From Chrysomallon squamiferum (lineage: Eukaryota; Animalia; Mollusca), in assembly GCA_012295275.1 (NCBI GenBank), contig CM022666.1, forward strand, positions 806,001-870,000: a DNA stretch of 64,000 nt. Reading direction: 5' to 3'. Positions 13,055 to 26,730 of the stretch are shown in pieces (the first letter of the stretch is position 1; each line of letters opens with the position of its first letter). The position numbers and the translations under genes were made by a program. The notes under the pieces were generated by a model that searched no databases, was not told the DNA's origin, and worked only from the letters and a program-made list of their open reading frames with translations.

Positions 13055-16000
13055 GCTGTTAATTAATTCTAACAAACGACTGAGCAAGAGAAGCACAACT
13101 GAACAAGCACAACGACACAAAGTGCTCGACACCCATCTCCAGAATGAAGTGCACAAAAATGAAACCGAAGTGAAGAAGTGCACGACGAAGTGCTAGCTGA
13201 AATGAAAATTAACTAACCGACACGACTGTTTCAAGACTTAACAAGCAATATATCTGGGCGAGACACATTCTCAACAAGTCTGGATACAAGGAAACAGACA
13301 AGAAACATCTCTTCTTGCAGACATTCGAGCCGGCAGAATTGAAAATGCAAATGTCCTTTCTGAGAGAGAGTAATAAATCAGGGACACTTAACAGAGGACG
13401 TTGTGAGAGTCTTACAGGATCTGGTCACCTGCAAATCTCGTCTTTGTACACAGCTCAGTTATTGATTATTGGAGAGTTTAACACTTTTGTGTTACGTGTT
13501 TTCATCTCAGCGTTTGTTTGATTATGTTTTTCTCTGTATGCATGTGTGTGTGTGTGTGACTGTGTATATCTGTATATGTGTTTGTGGGTATTTGGGAATG
13601 AATATTCTCTGTGTTATTCTATGTCTGATTTAGACTCTGCACACAAACAATATTTGGAAATGGACTGACTCAGAGGACAAAGTCCAATGATGACCTCACA
13701 AAATTCAGATGCCACTGACAAGACTCGAACCCATGGATCTCATTCACATCCACCCTGTAAAAATATCATACGAAGTTCAACCATCAGCATTTCAACCACA
13801 ACCACTACCACCCATTCCCAAATCAGTTAGAGCAACCATTTCAACAACAGCGTGACTAACACCACTTGTACAACTTCAACAACAACAACAACAACAACAA
13901 TCCACTCAATTTTATCTACAACTACCGCGACATTATTATTAAAACAACAACTATTACAAGTACCTCTAGAACAACAACAACTACAAAACCCTCTTCCAAA
14001 TTCTAGCTGCAGCTACTGCAACCAACCACCACCACTACAACAGCTACTACTGTTACTCAAACAGCCTCTCTGATCAATCAAAGTCCTATTCTTGGCAATG
14101 TTTGCAGATTTCGGTAAATCCTGCTTGATCAGTTACAAATGTCCTAATTAGCGGGTTCAGATAATTCCATTCCAGTACATTTCTCCTCACTGTGCTGCTT
14201 GCAGTTTGCCTGCTAAATTTACTCATTTATAAACCCAGATAAGACGACTTGAACTTTGACCTTTGTCATTTGCTGCAAGGTAACCCTCACACGAACTGTT
14301 TGCTCTCTGGCGAGTAAGAAAAATTAGTTTTGCTCTGAAAAGTGATTTATGGGATAAAATAAATAATCAGTTTTGTTTTATCAGCTTCTGCTATTTTTGT
14401 ATGTATATATATATTTTTAATTCTTTTTTTTTTTGTTTTATTATTATTATTTTTTGTTGTTTTAATTTATTTTATTTTTATTTTTATTTATTTTTTTTAT
14501 GGTAAAATAGTTTATTGGATTCTGTTAAAAAATCTTTGAATTTAAAAAGAAAATATTTTCAAAAATATAAACTTTTTTTCTCAATTTAGGTAGATTTAGT
14601 TATCTAAATTATGCAGCAACAAACAAACATAAATAAGGGGGAAAAAATAAATAAAAATAATATTAAATGATAAAAATAATAAAGCAAAGAAATATACAAA
14701 CGAATGAAACAACAAAAATATTAAAAATATAAACCAGAAATAAAAATACTAATTTTTAATTCTTAACACCAATACCACAAACAAATAACTTCAATAATGA
14801 AAAGAAGGAAAAAAGTAAAAAAAAAAAAACAAAGCTTGAAACAAAGAAAAAAACCCAGAAAAAGCAGAAAACCATTTTACACACAAATAAAAAAAAACGA
14901 GAAATCAAAAGACCAAAATCGAGAGCGAGCCTAATTATTTCTCAGGACGATTTCCACATCAAAGCCGTGAGAGAAGAAAAGAACACTTAGGTAACAAGCA
15001 AAACTCAGTAAGTACAACAAAGTCTACAAATCCAAATTGACTCTCATTGATTTCTGTTCAGAAAAGAAACTCTGGGATAACGACATCGGCGCTGTGCGGT
15101 TGCCACTACAACACTAACTAATCCCCAAAACAGAATCACATCTGTGATTTCATTAGCGCGAGACTTGCGAGGTCTCCGCAGAAAGAACGTGACTGTATTA
15201 TTCTTGACAGACCTGCGAGGCTGTGAGTACCTCGATTTTACTCACCGCCTCCAGAGAATACACAGCTGTAACACAACGGTGTGGACAAAGTGATCTTCAC
15301 AAAAAGATCAACAAAACAGAAATCATAGTCATTGTTGTGATGTCTGTTTTATCATGGATTAACAATAACAACAACAATAAAGAAAATGATTTAATTGTTT
15401 TTCTTTATACGTGTGTGTGTGTGTGTGTGTGTGTTTGCATGTTTGCATGTAATGATGTATGTATGTATGTATATACGTATGTACGTACGTACGTGTGTAT
15501 TTTTCTAAAAATAAATGTTGTTCAAGAATATTATAACAATTTTCAGACAGAGCAGTATTTAGAGATACATTAACAATTTTTATATTATATGGAACATTTG
15601 TGATTATCCTATTAAACAATGAAAAATATGTTATTCCAAACATTTTCTGATCTTAGTACATATGATATGTAGCTTTTCAAATGTAAAATAATATTTTCAC
15701 TCATTAAATACAGAGCCATTTCATATCAAATTTATGTTTCATATGAAATACTGTAATTAGATTTAATGGCAAATTTACAATAAAATATTTCAGATGTTAA
15801 ACATTTCACATAAAATTTATTTTTAATGGAAAATCATATTACATTTAATAACAAAATTGCATAAAGTATTTCAGATATTAAACTTGCTGTCAGTTCATAT
15901 CAAATTTATGAAATATTATAATTAGATATCCCAGAAAAGATCAAAAGCTTTTTAATCATTACATCGTTGGCAATGCTGAACAGAGAAAGCATTTTTAATC

Positions 16001-16403
16001 TTAATTTTTATTAACATAAATAGATGTTAACATGTGTTTGATAAGAAGCTACACAGATATTCTGTTTAATCTGAAACTTTATACTCAGTTTTTAACATTA
16101 TAAACATTTACTTATATTTTGTCCAATCTGAAAATCAGTGGGGTTTTTTGAAAATTATAAATACTTGTTATCAGTTTAAAATTTTTAATTTACTTTAGGA
16201 ATGGAAGCAAGATGCATTTGTATCCTAAAACAAGAAATATTTTATTTTATCTTCAACACATTTTGTTTCATGTAATACCTATAAGAATTATATTGTAACT
16301 GATAAAGAAAACCTGCACATACCATATACTGTATGTTTGATAAAGTAGACACAGAGAACTGATTGGAACGGGATACAGACAAATAGCTGCACTTTGGAAG
16401 AGT

Positions 16404-16690
16404 GATCCAGAATCTTATCTACTCTCTGAACTACAACTTATTCAGCTTTTCTTGTAGATCAACAAATAAGAGAAACACACGAATCTTCATTTAAGAACAT
16501 CGTCTGAATCTTATCATACTCCAAACTCGAGCACTCTAACCAATGAGCCTCAACTCACTCATATATTTGTGTAGATCATACAAGAGTTTAGAAAACTGAT
16601 CCTGAATCTTATCATACTCCAAACTCAAGCACTCTAACCAGTGAGCCTCAACTTGCTGGTGTATTCTTGCAGATCAACACACAAGAAAGG
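16404..16690. repeat. ~98-bp tandem repeat (2 good copies, 1 degenerate), probably amplified from a SINE head
   Basis: tgaatcttatcatactccaaactc(g/a)agcactctaacca(a/g)tgagcctcaact at 16505 and 16603. Confidence 0.75.
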
Positions 16691-16972
16691 CACAGAACAA
16701 GAACACAGTCTGACCTTGATGCTGTCTGACAGGAGTATAATGACTGTAATCAAGAAGCCATATATCCCAATCCGGACTGCTCACTTACAACAGCTCAGTG
16801 ATTACAGGACACGGGTAAAATGTGACTGACTCACTGACGCTGTCGCAAAGAAACGTCGACACTGACGTCGTCAAGGCTAGCTAGGACAGGCAGTAATAGG
16901 TGGAGCAGGAGGGCGTGGTAATGTGGGTAGGAGTCCAAGAATGTTTAGCTACTAATAATAATTATTATAATT

Positions 16973-17008
<36 letters not shown>

Positions 17009-18665
17009 TAATAATAATAATAATAATACCGATAATACTGATTTTTCCCTGCATGTTCTTTCTTTATTTTTTAATTGCCATAACTTTTGAAGAAAAATAT
17101 ATTAGGAAATATCTGACAGAAATTATCATGAATAATCATGAAAAACCAACATCAAGACAGACAGCAATATAAAAGTAAAAAAACAAATGAATAAAATAAT
17201 TTTTTTTTCAATAATAATTATTCTATAAAAAAAAAACATAAATATTTAATAAAAATAATAACATGACAAGGATACCAAAAAAACCCCATAAAAACCAAAC
17301 TTTACTCATCATAAATTCCCTTGAGAGACTCAGCAGTAGTCACACACACAAGTAGAAATGAAATGTTTGTTTAACGAAAACAAACACTGGGTGCCACAAT
17401 TACAGGTTAAGACTTTCCCCGGAGCCTGGTCTGAACAAATTATTTCTCTGACATTTTCCACCAATGTCATCCATGACAATCAAATATTCCACCAGACAAA
17501 CCTAATAACAGGTTCTAGGCCATTCGATGGTCACATGAAAAATAAAGATGCTGGTCCTTGTTAATACACAAGTTCAATCAATACATTTTTTTTTTCTTCT
17601 TCTTCATTCCAAAGATTAGACCGACGGAATCAAAGTGAAAGGTTTGTTAGACAGCAATATTGGAAAACTTGACACGTTATGGCAAGGAGATTTTTATATT
17701 CCCTTTTTTTTTTTTTTTTTTTTTTTTTGTCAAATGTGAAAGAGTGATCTGTGATATGAAATACTATTAATAAAACTGATAAAGCCAAACAAACAGTCTG
17801 TCTTTCTCTGAAGAGCCCATTTTTTTTTTTCCCATTCTTGATAATGTCATCGAGACGTCTCCTGTTTGATAAGCCCGTGATTTTTGTTTTCGGAAAAAAT
17901 TAACCCATACAACCAGATTTACAGCCGAGGGTCACCTATTTCTTTTTACGAAAAGCACACGAAGAAAAATAGCTGACTGAAAGCTAATATCATTAAATAA
18001 TGTCTGCCTTGCCTTCACAAAACTAGCATTCTTCTTCACCTTTGCCACATAGCCAAATATACAGCCCACTCTCACTTTGCCCTTTCGTATCCAACACCTT
18101 CACATTGTATAAGTGCCGTATCTCACACCAGAGACTCACACATTTCTGATTGGCTGTCACCGTATCTGGCTGCTGTTAGTGATTCCTGAGTAACAGGTCA
18201 TTAACAGAACAGAACAGAATTAGTTCCTGGGTAATGTTCTTGTGTTTGACTTGAAGGACAAAACTGGCTCCTTTTTTCAGTGCTGTTGTTGAATGGATAA
18301 AGTAATCGGTTTCTTGATAGTGGTTTGCATTTATTATTAGTAAAGAATAAGCTCCTTCTTGATGTGTTTGTATTCGGGGGAAAAAATATTGGGGATTTTT
18401 TTTGGGTGGTTTGGTTTGTTTTATTTTATTTTATTTTATTTTATTTTATTATTATTTTTTTTTTTTAAAGCAGTTCTGTATGGGACAGAACAACCATTAT
18501 CATCATGTAGAACTTTACTAATGTTCAGTATTAATGAGGTGTTAAATATGGGTGTTTTGTCTACGTGTGTTTAATTCAGGGCAGTTTTTAACACTGCAGT
18601 GTATCACTGGAGGACTCCGCATTACTCCAGGGCTGGTTTGATTCATTATTTCACTTTTTCCACTG

Positions 18666-18720
18666 TGAATTATTCAGAAATCACACCATGAATTATTCAG
18701 AAATCACACCATGAATTATT
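18666..18720. repeat. 23-bp tandem repeat (tgaattattcagaaatcacacca) x2.4
   Basis: Directly visible. Confidence 0.85.
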
Positions 18721-21014
18721 CCACTGTAATATTTAATTTACATATTTATTCCCAACACTGTCAAAGGCTTAAATAATAAACACCTTCTTCTTTTTTTATT
18801 TCTTTCTCTTTCTTAATTTTCAATTCATTATTTTCATCTGTTCGGGTTAGGTAGCAGATCCAAAACTTTTTTTCTTTTTCTAATAAAACAAAAAACTCAA
18901 AAAAAATTATAAAGATATTGTTCAGCACTGGGTTTGCATACAGTGGGGATTATGATTTGGAATGTGAAATATTTCAATTATTAAATGCATCGATGCATTA
19001 AATATTCAGTTATTAAATAATCTGAAAGTGAAATTAATTTTAATATTGTGGAGGGGTTTCTTTTATTACTTTTTTTTTTTTTACTTCTCTTTAGTTTTAT
19101 TTTTTTTATTTTTCTGTAGCTGACTGTTAAGATATTACTTCACTGATACAATTTATATTCATTGTTGTGTATTCTTTACACATTCAATTTAAACCGTAGG
19201 ATTAAACAACAAATCTAATTTCTAATCTCACACACACACATGTATGCACGCACACACACACACTAATAAAAAAAACTGAAATAAAATGTCATTTTAACCT
19301 AAGTTCATTTGTTCTTAAATAACCCTAAATTTAAAAAATAACTAAACACACACACACACACACATCACACATAATAAAGAAAATTTTGTCAACAACAGTA
19401 AAAGAAAAGAACATAAAACGTTTGTTTTGACATAAAGTTCACCTGCTCTGAAACAAACTGTTTTTAATCTTCTCTGAGCGTCTTTAACTCGTGTTAACAG
19501 ATTTGATTTTTAAAATGAAAAAGAGAAAAAAGAGATAGAAAATGAAAATGGAGCATGGATGTTCTTTCATTTCTGTAATTTAACAGCTGGGTCTGGACTT
19601 CATGGACCTCCAGGGACTTTCCAGAGGTGCTGAAAAAACTGCACCAGTTCTTAATGTTCTTACAGAAAACAATTTTCAGCCAAAGAAGAAAAAAAAGAAA
19701 AAATGTTCTTCAGATGTCTGTCTGGGTTGTTTTTTTCCCCAGATGTTTTCAGTTAAGATGGCTTCCACCTTTTTTCTCTCTTCACTTTAACACCTCATTC
19801 ACTACTGTGATAGTCATTGGCAAATACCTTGTTGTATGTGCTTAGAAAACTTGTACTTGAAAAAAAACAATATTGCATATTAAAATGAGGAGTACAAATT
19901 AGGAACAAATGATCTTTTAAAATCTTTATGTTATTAAAGATTCTTGTAACATATGCTATCTAATAAGAAGGAATTTTTAAATTACTTCAAAAATGACCTT
20001 TTAAATTTTATTATTTTTTATTTTATTTTATTTTTAATCCATAGATGTTTTTACATTTTTATTTTAACATAGCTGCTTGTAGTACATACTGAACTATGTA
20101 ATGAAGAAGTTTTTTTTTAAATTACTTCAAAAAGAAACTTTTAAATCTCTTTTCTTTTTAACTACAGATTTAAAAAAAAAAAAAAATCTTTATCATAAAA
20201 GCCTTTAGTCATATTCAACAAAGATGAAAGGAAATCCTGCAAAAGATTTCAGAGTAAAAAGAAACTTGATGAGAAACACAGAAGTTTTTAGGTTTTCTGT
20301 GATCAAGAAATAAAATGTTATTATTTATAATTAACCTCATTCCACAGATCAGTACCCCAAAAAATAAAAGTCACTAAGTACTTCTCTTTTTTTTTTTATA
20401 TATCCATCATCAAAGACAAGAGAATAAAAATAAAAACAACATTAAGAGTAAAAAAAAAAAAAAAAAAAAATGCATGAAAGTCAAATGACCCATTTAAAAA
20501 CAAGGGTGTTGGTTTGATCTTCGAGCCATACAGGTTTGAAGTTTTGTGTTTCTGTCAATGTTTGTTAACTTGATATGACTTGTCTCAAGAAGTCTGAAAA
20601 CATCTTTCATTTGCATTAACTGCTTATTGTTTATTTATTCATGTTAATCACTCATTCTGAAAAAACCCGGTATCTAACTTCAGGTAATGAGATACCTGGA
20701 CATGAAATAAACAGGCTGCTGTGATTCTGGACGTTCTGTTACAAATGTTGTGGTGAGTTCTTCACTGTGAATCATTTATTTTATATATCACACTTTATTT
20801 ATTTACCTGAAAAATCCATTTATGGCAAAGATTTTTTATTTTTATTTATTTATTTTTATTTTTATTTTTATTTTTTGTGGTTTGTTTTTATTTTATTTAT
20901 TTCCGATTTTATTATTTACCTTTTCCCTTGACAGGTTTGAGATCAAACAGTAATTTCGTCACTTTGATCACAGTTTGTTTCAGTTTATACAAACCCCATA
21001 ACATTTAAACACAA

Positions 21015-21225
21015 AGGAAAGTCTATTTTGTTTAACAGCTGTCTAAGCATGTTTATTAATTTTCAGTCACTGTCTGTAGCCTCTCACATAAACCCATACA
21101 TGTACTGAAATACACACAATAAGAAAAGATCAAATACACTTCCAGCAAGAAGAGGGCTACTCTTTTTTCAGTTAGCAATAAATGTCAGTCATTTACACAT
21201 ACCCATGAACAGGGAAAAGGAAATA
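21015..21225 (-). mobile_element. Degraded SINE relic
   Basis: ggaaagtctattttgtttaac...gggctactcttttttcagttagcaa...cccatgaacagg. Confidence 0.45.
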
Positions 21226-22294
21226 GCCAGCAGGCAATGAATTGATTGTTTTTTTAATGTAAGACATTTATCTTTCTGATCAGTCTTGTAACCATGATAC
21301 ACATCTACCTGGTTGATTACATACACAGATTATAATACCTGCCTTGTTATACTCTGTATTGTGTAGCATGATTTGTGGCTGAAAATAAAACTTTTCAGAC
21401 TTACTCAAACTTCTAAAACAAATTCCAAAAAGAGAAAATACACAAACTCAGTGAACTGTACAATCGTCCAGAATAAAATTTGTTCTGGTCTTTGTGAGCA
21501 TCTGAATACAGCAACATTATCATGATTATGTTCTTGTCCATCTTAACTGAAACCTTATGTTCCTGCAGTTTATCATCTCAATCTCAAACCACTACAACCC
21601 ATCAAAAACATCTTAGCAGTTGAACTTTTAAACTTTCCAAATATTTGTATTTATCCATGACACCAATCCACATAGTAACATCTATGAAATACCAGCATCA
21701 TCATCATCAACACCACAACCACCACTTCACCATAATATCAACATCACCATAACTTCACCACTAACACCACCATCTTTATCATCAACTTCACCATCACCGT
21801 CAATGTCAACATCCCACCATCTTTACTATAACCATCAACCACCACCCCATCACCACCACAACCACCAGAACCAACAACAACCTAAACCAAAACCTCTATA
21901 AACCACTATTTTCTGTTTTTCCTTCAGCTAAATCCTCACAGTGATTCTTCATTATGTGAGGATCTCTCAGAACTCTGTACCCAGACACCAGCTTATCCCA
22001 GATTCTAACCAAATCCCTGGGAGACAAGTGTCAGTGTCTGTGTTAACTCAAATCCTGCTCTGTAAACAGAATTTTCCTCAACTCTACCACAAAACACAGC
22101 AGACCAACTTCACTGAAAAAAACCACCCTCTGTATCTAAAACATAAATCAGAATCTGTCGACTCAAACCTCATGTTGTAGATCAAAATTTCAAAAGTGTT
22201 AACACAAAATCCACTGAAATTATTTTTTTATCAAGAATTTTAAAACCATATATACACAAACAAACAACAACAACAAACAAACAAAATAATAATA

Positions 22295-22327
<33 letters not shown>

Positions 22328-24517
22328 TTGATGATAATAAATAAAATACTTTTTAAAATCTTAATAAAATCAACATATAATACTAGGTGTACTATAATTC
22401 AAATTGTATTCTAACTAGGTATTTGAAAAACTCTGTCCAAGCTTCAACTTAAACCACCATTACAAAATCCCATCCAGCATTTTAACAGGCATCTATTAAG
22501 ATCTGTATTAACTCAAAACTGGTTTGTAATTAACATTTCAAAAACTAAACACTACTACTAACACCACTGTTACATAATCCCAAACCATGATTCAGATCAA
22601 CATCTATTTTAACTTTCAAAATCTTCATCATCCCAAATCCCTTCTACTGCATCCATTACAAGATGAAACCCAAGATTTTCACCAGCATCCAGACTTCATG
22701 ACAAGATGAGATACAACAACAGAAACCTTCTGTTTCAGACATACTTCAGCAGACATAAAAATTCCAGCTCCCTGGCACATCACAGATGTTTTCCCAGAAT
22801 GCAACAGGATCCATAGATTCAATCAACAAACTCAGGAACCCCTGGACAATGGTCTTGTAAATTCCAGCAAATGAAACGACAGTGGTCCAGTACAAGTCCC
22901 ATACAATCAATGCTAGACACTTTTTGTATGGCGACAATAAAAACCTTTTAATCGTTACGGTGAATGAAATTCTTGTAAGTACCGTTTCAAATCATTTTAA
23001 TTCTGTGCAAGACACTTCAGTGGGTATTCAGAAAGAAAAAAGCAATAAAACGTAATTAAGTCAGTGAATATGAAAAATAGTCAGTGCTTTTATTATTATT
23101 ATTATTTGACGTTTTATTATTTATTTGGTTTTTATGCTGTGATATAGAAAATATGAAAATAAAACTAAAAATACAAGAGGATGTTAACAAGTTAATTATG
23201 CAAACATTTTTATTTAAAATAAAAACTGACAGTAAAAAAAAATTGGTTTCTGTGGTTACCCATTTATAGCAAAACTGAAAATTTAAACTACAAAATGGCC
23301 ATTAATGTTTACTTAATTCAAGTTAAAAATAATAAAATAAAATAAAAATAAAATAAAATAAAATATTACATGACAAATAAAAACAAATTTTAAAATGAAA
23401 AAAAAATAAAATAAAATAACTATTTTAAAACATTGTTTTCAAGATATAATTTTATAACATTTTATTACAAAGATAAAAAGTGAAAATTACTTAATGTAAG
23501 ACTTTGTATTACTTTATTTAACAATGTAAATATTTCAAAGATTTATTTTTCTTTATATTAGCTGGTTAGGCAAAGAAAATTAAAAAAAATAAATAAATAA
23601 ATAAATTATATAATAAAAACAAACAAATAAATAAATAAATAAATAAAATGTTTTTAAAAAATTAAATTTTAAAAATTTCTTCAAATAAATAACAACATTA
23701 TCATCATTCCAATTTTTTTTTAAATTTTTTATATTATTTCAACTTTTAGTACTGAAAATATTTTAAACTGTTGTTTTTCCATTTACAAGCATCACAAATA
23801 TGTATTTTCTTTCAATTTCTACATCAATTCAAACCACTCTAAACACATGCACAATAGAAAAAACAAAAAAATCAATCAATCACTCCATCAAATAACATCG
23901 ATGAAAACTGAAATCCTGGCACACCTCTCTGAAACATTCTGAAGTCTCTTTAAACTGAACTGCATATTCCAGCATTCAAATCTGCCCATAATCAGCAGAA
24001 ATGAAAGATTTTTCTTTACGTCTTTCAGTAAGTCTGTGTTTATTCAATTCGTCTGCTGTCTGATCTGATTCTTAGGAAATGACAAAACTGTTTTATTCTC
24101 CGTCAAAACAGCATCTAAATATGGCTGACTTCGTATTTAACGGCCTGCGTATACGACAAAAGATTTTCGGTGCAGAATTGCAATTTCATGACCTTATCTT
24201 TCTGTCAATACTTCTTCATCTTCTTTTATATTTTTGTGTCATAAATATATTTTTATTTCAAGCTTTGTCTTGTTTCTTTGATTATTATCATCATCAGTGT
24301 TTATAATGGTGCTGTCAGTGATGTAAAAATTGTTTGAAGAAGAAGAATGAAAATGATATAAATTAAAATAAAACAAAAAAAAAAAAAAAAATTTGAATTT
24401 AAAAAATCATAACCTAAATTTGTAAATATGTAAATTAATAAGAAAACAATCTTAATTTAAAGATACAATACATTTGTGCATTAAAATATTTTTTGTGGTT
24501 TATTTAAAATATATATA

Positions 24518-24553
<36 letters not shown>

Positions 24554-24942
24554 TACACAGATATGCGAATAAATTAAAATAATACGAAATAATTTCAATT
24601 TTATTTAAAATAATAATAATAATAATAATAAAGATATATATAAGTAACTGAACAAAACAAAAAAAAAAGTTAAAAAAGAAAAAAAAAGTACAACAGGGTT
24701 TAGTGTTACAGTATTCACGAACCAACTGACATGTGCAATATGAAGTGGAGCTGAATTTACATTTTTATTGCATGGCACGTGGTGATATAAAACAAAGTTA
24801 TAACCTTCTGAACCTGCATAAACAGACACCCGAGGTAAGAATGAAAACACTGAAACTGTTTACTCAAACATCAACACAATCTGTGAAGTGATAAATATTC
24901 ATATTCATAGATTCTTGTATTTATCTACACCAGCACAATTTT

Positions 24943-24975
<33 letters not shown>

Positions 24976-25310
24976 GTAGTTCTTTGATTCTGTTTTATTT
25001 ATTATTTTTATTTATTTAATTTTTTTAATTATTATTATTTTTTTTTTTTATTTATCATTTATTTATTATTTTTATCTGTTTTTTATTTATTATTTTTATG
25101 TATTTATTTTATTTTTTTTTTTTGATATTACTACCACTATAATAACAACCTTTATTATATATTTATATTATTGATAACTATCATTATGACTGTTTAAGAT
25201 ATTTCTACCAAACACCTCGAGTACAGACATTATATTAAATTTATTTATTTACTTATATTTATTTATTAGTTTATTCATTCATTCATTCATTAATTCATTC
25301 ATTTTTTATT

Positions 25311-25349
<39 letters not shown>

Positions 25350-25799
25350 TAAAACATTATCTCTATTACACAACTTACTACACAAAGCAGTAAATGTGTG
25401 TAACTTTCAACAAGTATCACATAAACAGAAAATATTTCAGAGCATCTGAACAATTAACACCTAACTAACTGCAACTTCAACACCTATCTGCTTGATCACA
25501 GCTTAAATTAACAACAGCAGCAGCAGCTTCAATTCAACAACACTTTGTGAACCGAGAATTAACTCTGTACACGCAACACGCAAGTCTGTCAGGGAGCTGA
25601 ATTACCGATGAGTTTTAACATGACAGTCTTCAAACCTGGGTGGGATGGGGGAGGGGAAGGGTGTGTGGGGGGGCGATACTAACAATAGTTTAGTAGGTCA
25701 GTGCACTTAAGCAAGAGCAGGTGATGATCTTCAAGTTACTGTGACTGGTTGTGTTCATTATCATCATTACTGACTCCTGTACAGGTAGACTTTAATGTA

Positions 25800-26730
25800 T
25801 TAGTTTTTAAATTACAAATGTTTTTCTGGGTTGTTTTTTATTTTTTATGTAATTCTCAAACCTGGCTATAATTCTGTGGTTAAAATAAATTAAAAAAAAA
25901 AATTGAAGGTACTCAGTAGTTAGATGTCTTGTAATCAAAATATAATTTCCAACTCCTACATAAAATAAATTTAAATTTATCAGTATTTAAATTACAGACG
26001 GTTTCTGTGTTTTTCAGTGTGAATGTAGCTCAATAACTACTACACTCAACCAATAACTTGTGACCCTCAGTTTCAACATATACAAAAAAAAACCCACTAA
26101 AATAATTATCACGTCTTTCTTTTTACTTTGGTTTATTGGTACTTAAATTAGTATAACTTAGTGACTTGGATGGGGCAGGCTACACTTTAGTGAGTAGAAA
26201 AAAAATAAAAAAAATAAAAAAATATTGGATGACTCTGAATTTAAATGGCAGTTCATGCTGCAAACAAAAACCAAATTTAATTCTCCTGAACTGTTAGGAC
26301 TGTAATTTATTAGGATTTAAATTACAAATCGTTTCTGTTTGTTTCTTAATGTGGTTGGGGTGAGGATACAAAATTCAGTTCAGTGGTTAGTGTGGGCTTA
26401 AAACAAGAATTGATGATCATCTGATTTTATGACTACTTTGTCCTGGAAACAAAAGAAAAATCTAAATTAATTGATCAACTCACTTATAGTTCCATTTTAT
26501 TTTACTAAGGATTTAAATTTCTGATGGTTGATGTTTTTTAATGTGAAATTCTGAAATCTGCTTGGAACAAACTGCAACCCAGTGCTTAGAACTGGCAGTG
26601 AGCCTGTTTTAATGTACACAAAATTAAACATTGATTATCAAGTCCTCTTTAAGCTTCTGTTATCTACTTTATTTGGACACAAGTTTCCTAATGGTTTCTT
26701 TGTTTTACAGTAACGTTCTGAAACTAAAAC
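25800..26730. repeat. Old degenerate tandem array, ~165-195-bp unit
   Basis: Anchor atttaaattaca..cggtttctgtg recurs near 25803, 25983, 26313, 26509, 26675. Confidence 0.55.

Noticed and set aside
13715-13745. tRNA gene suggested by a perfect B-box
   Set aside because: No A-box at the proper spacing and no cloverleaf; treated as a SINE relic.
13790-14073. Thr/Gln-rich ORF and the similar CAC/CAA-rich tract at 21690-21890
   Set aside because: Decayed trinucleotide low-complexity DNA with no ATG or splice support.
15246-15265. 20-nt microexon (ttacag|ctgtgtattctctggaggcg|gtgagt, minus strand)
   Set aside because: The splice words are plausible, but the length is not frame-neutral and nothing else supports it; it cannot be separated from chance.
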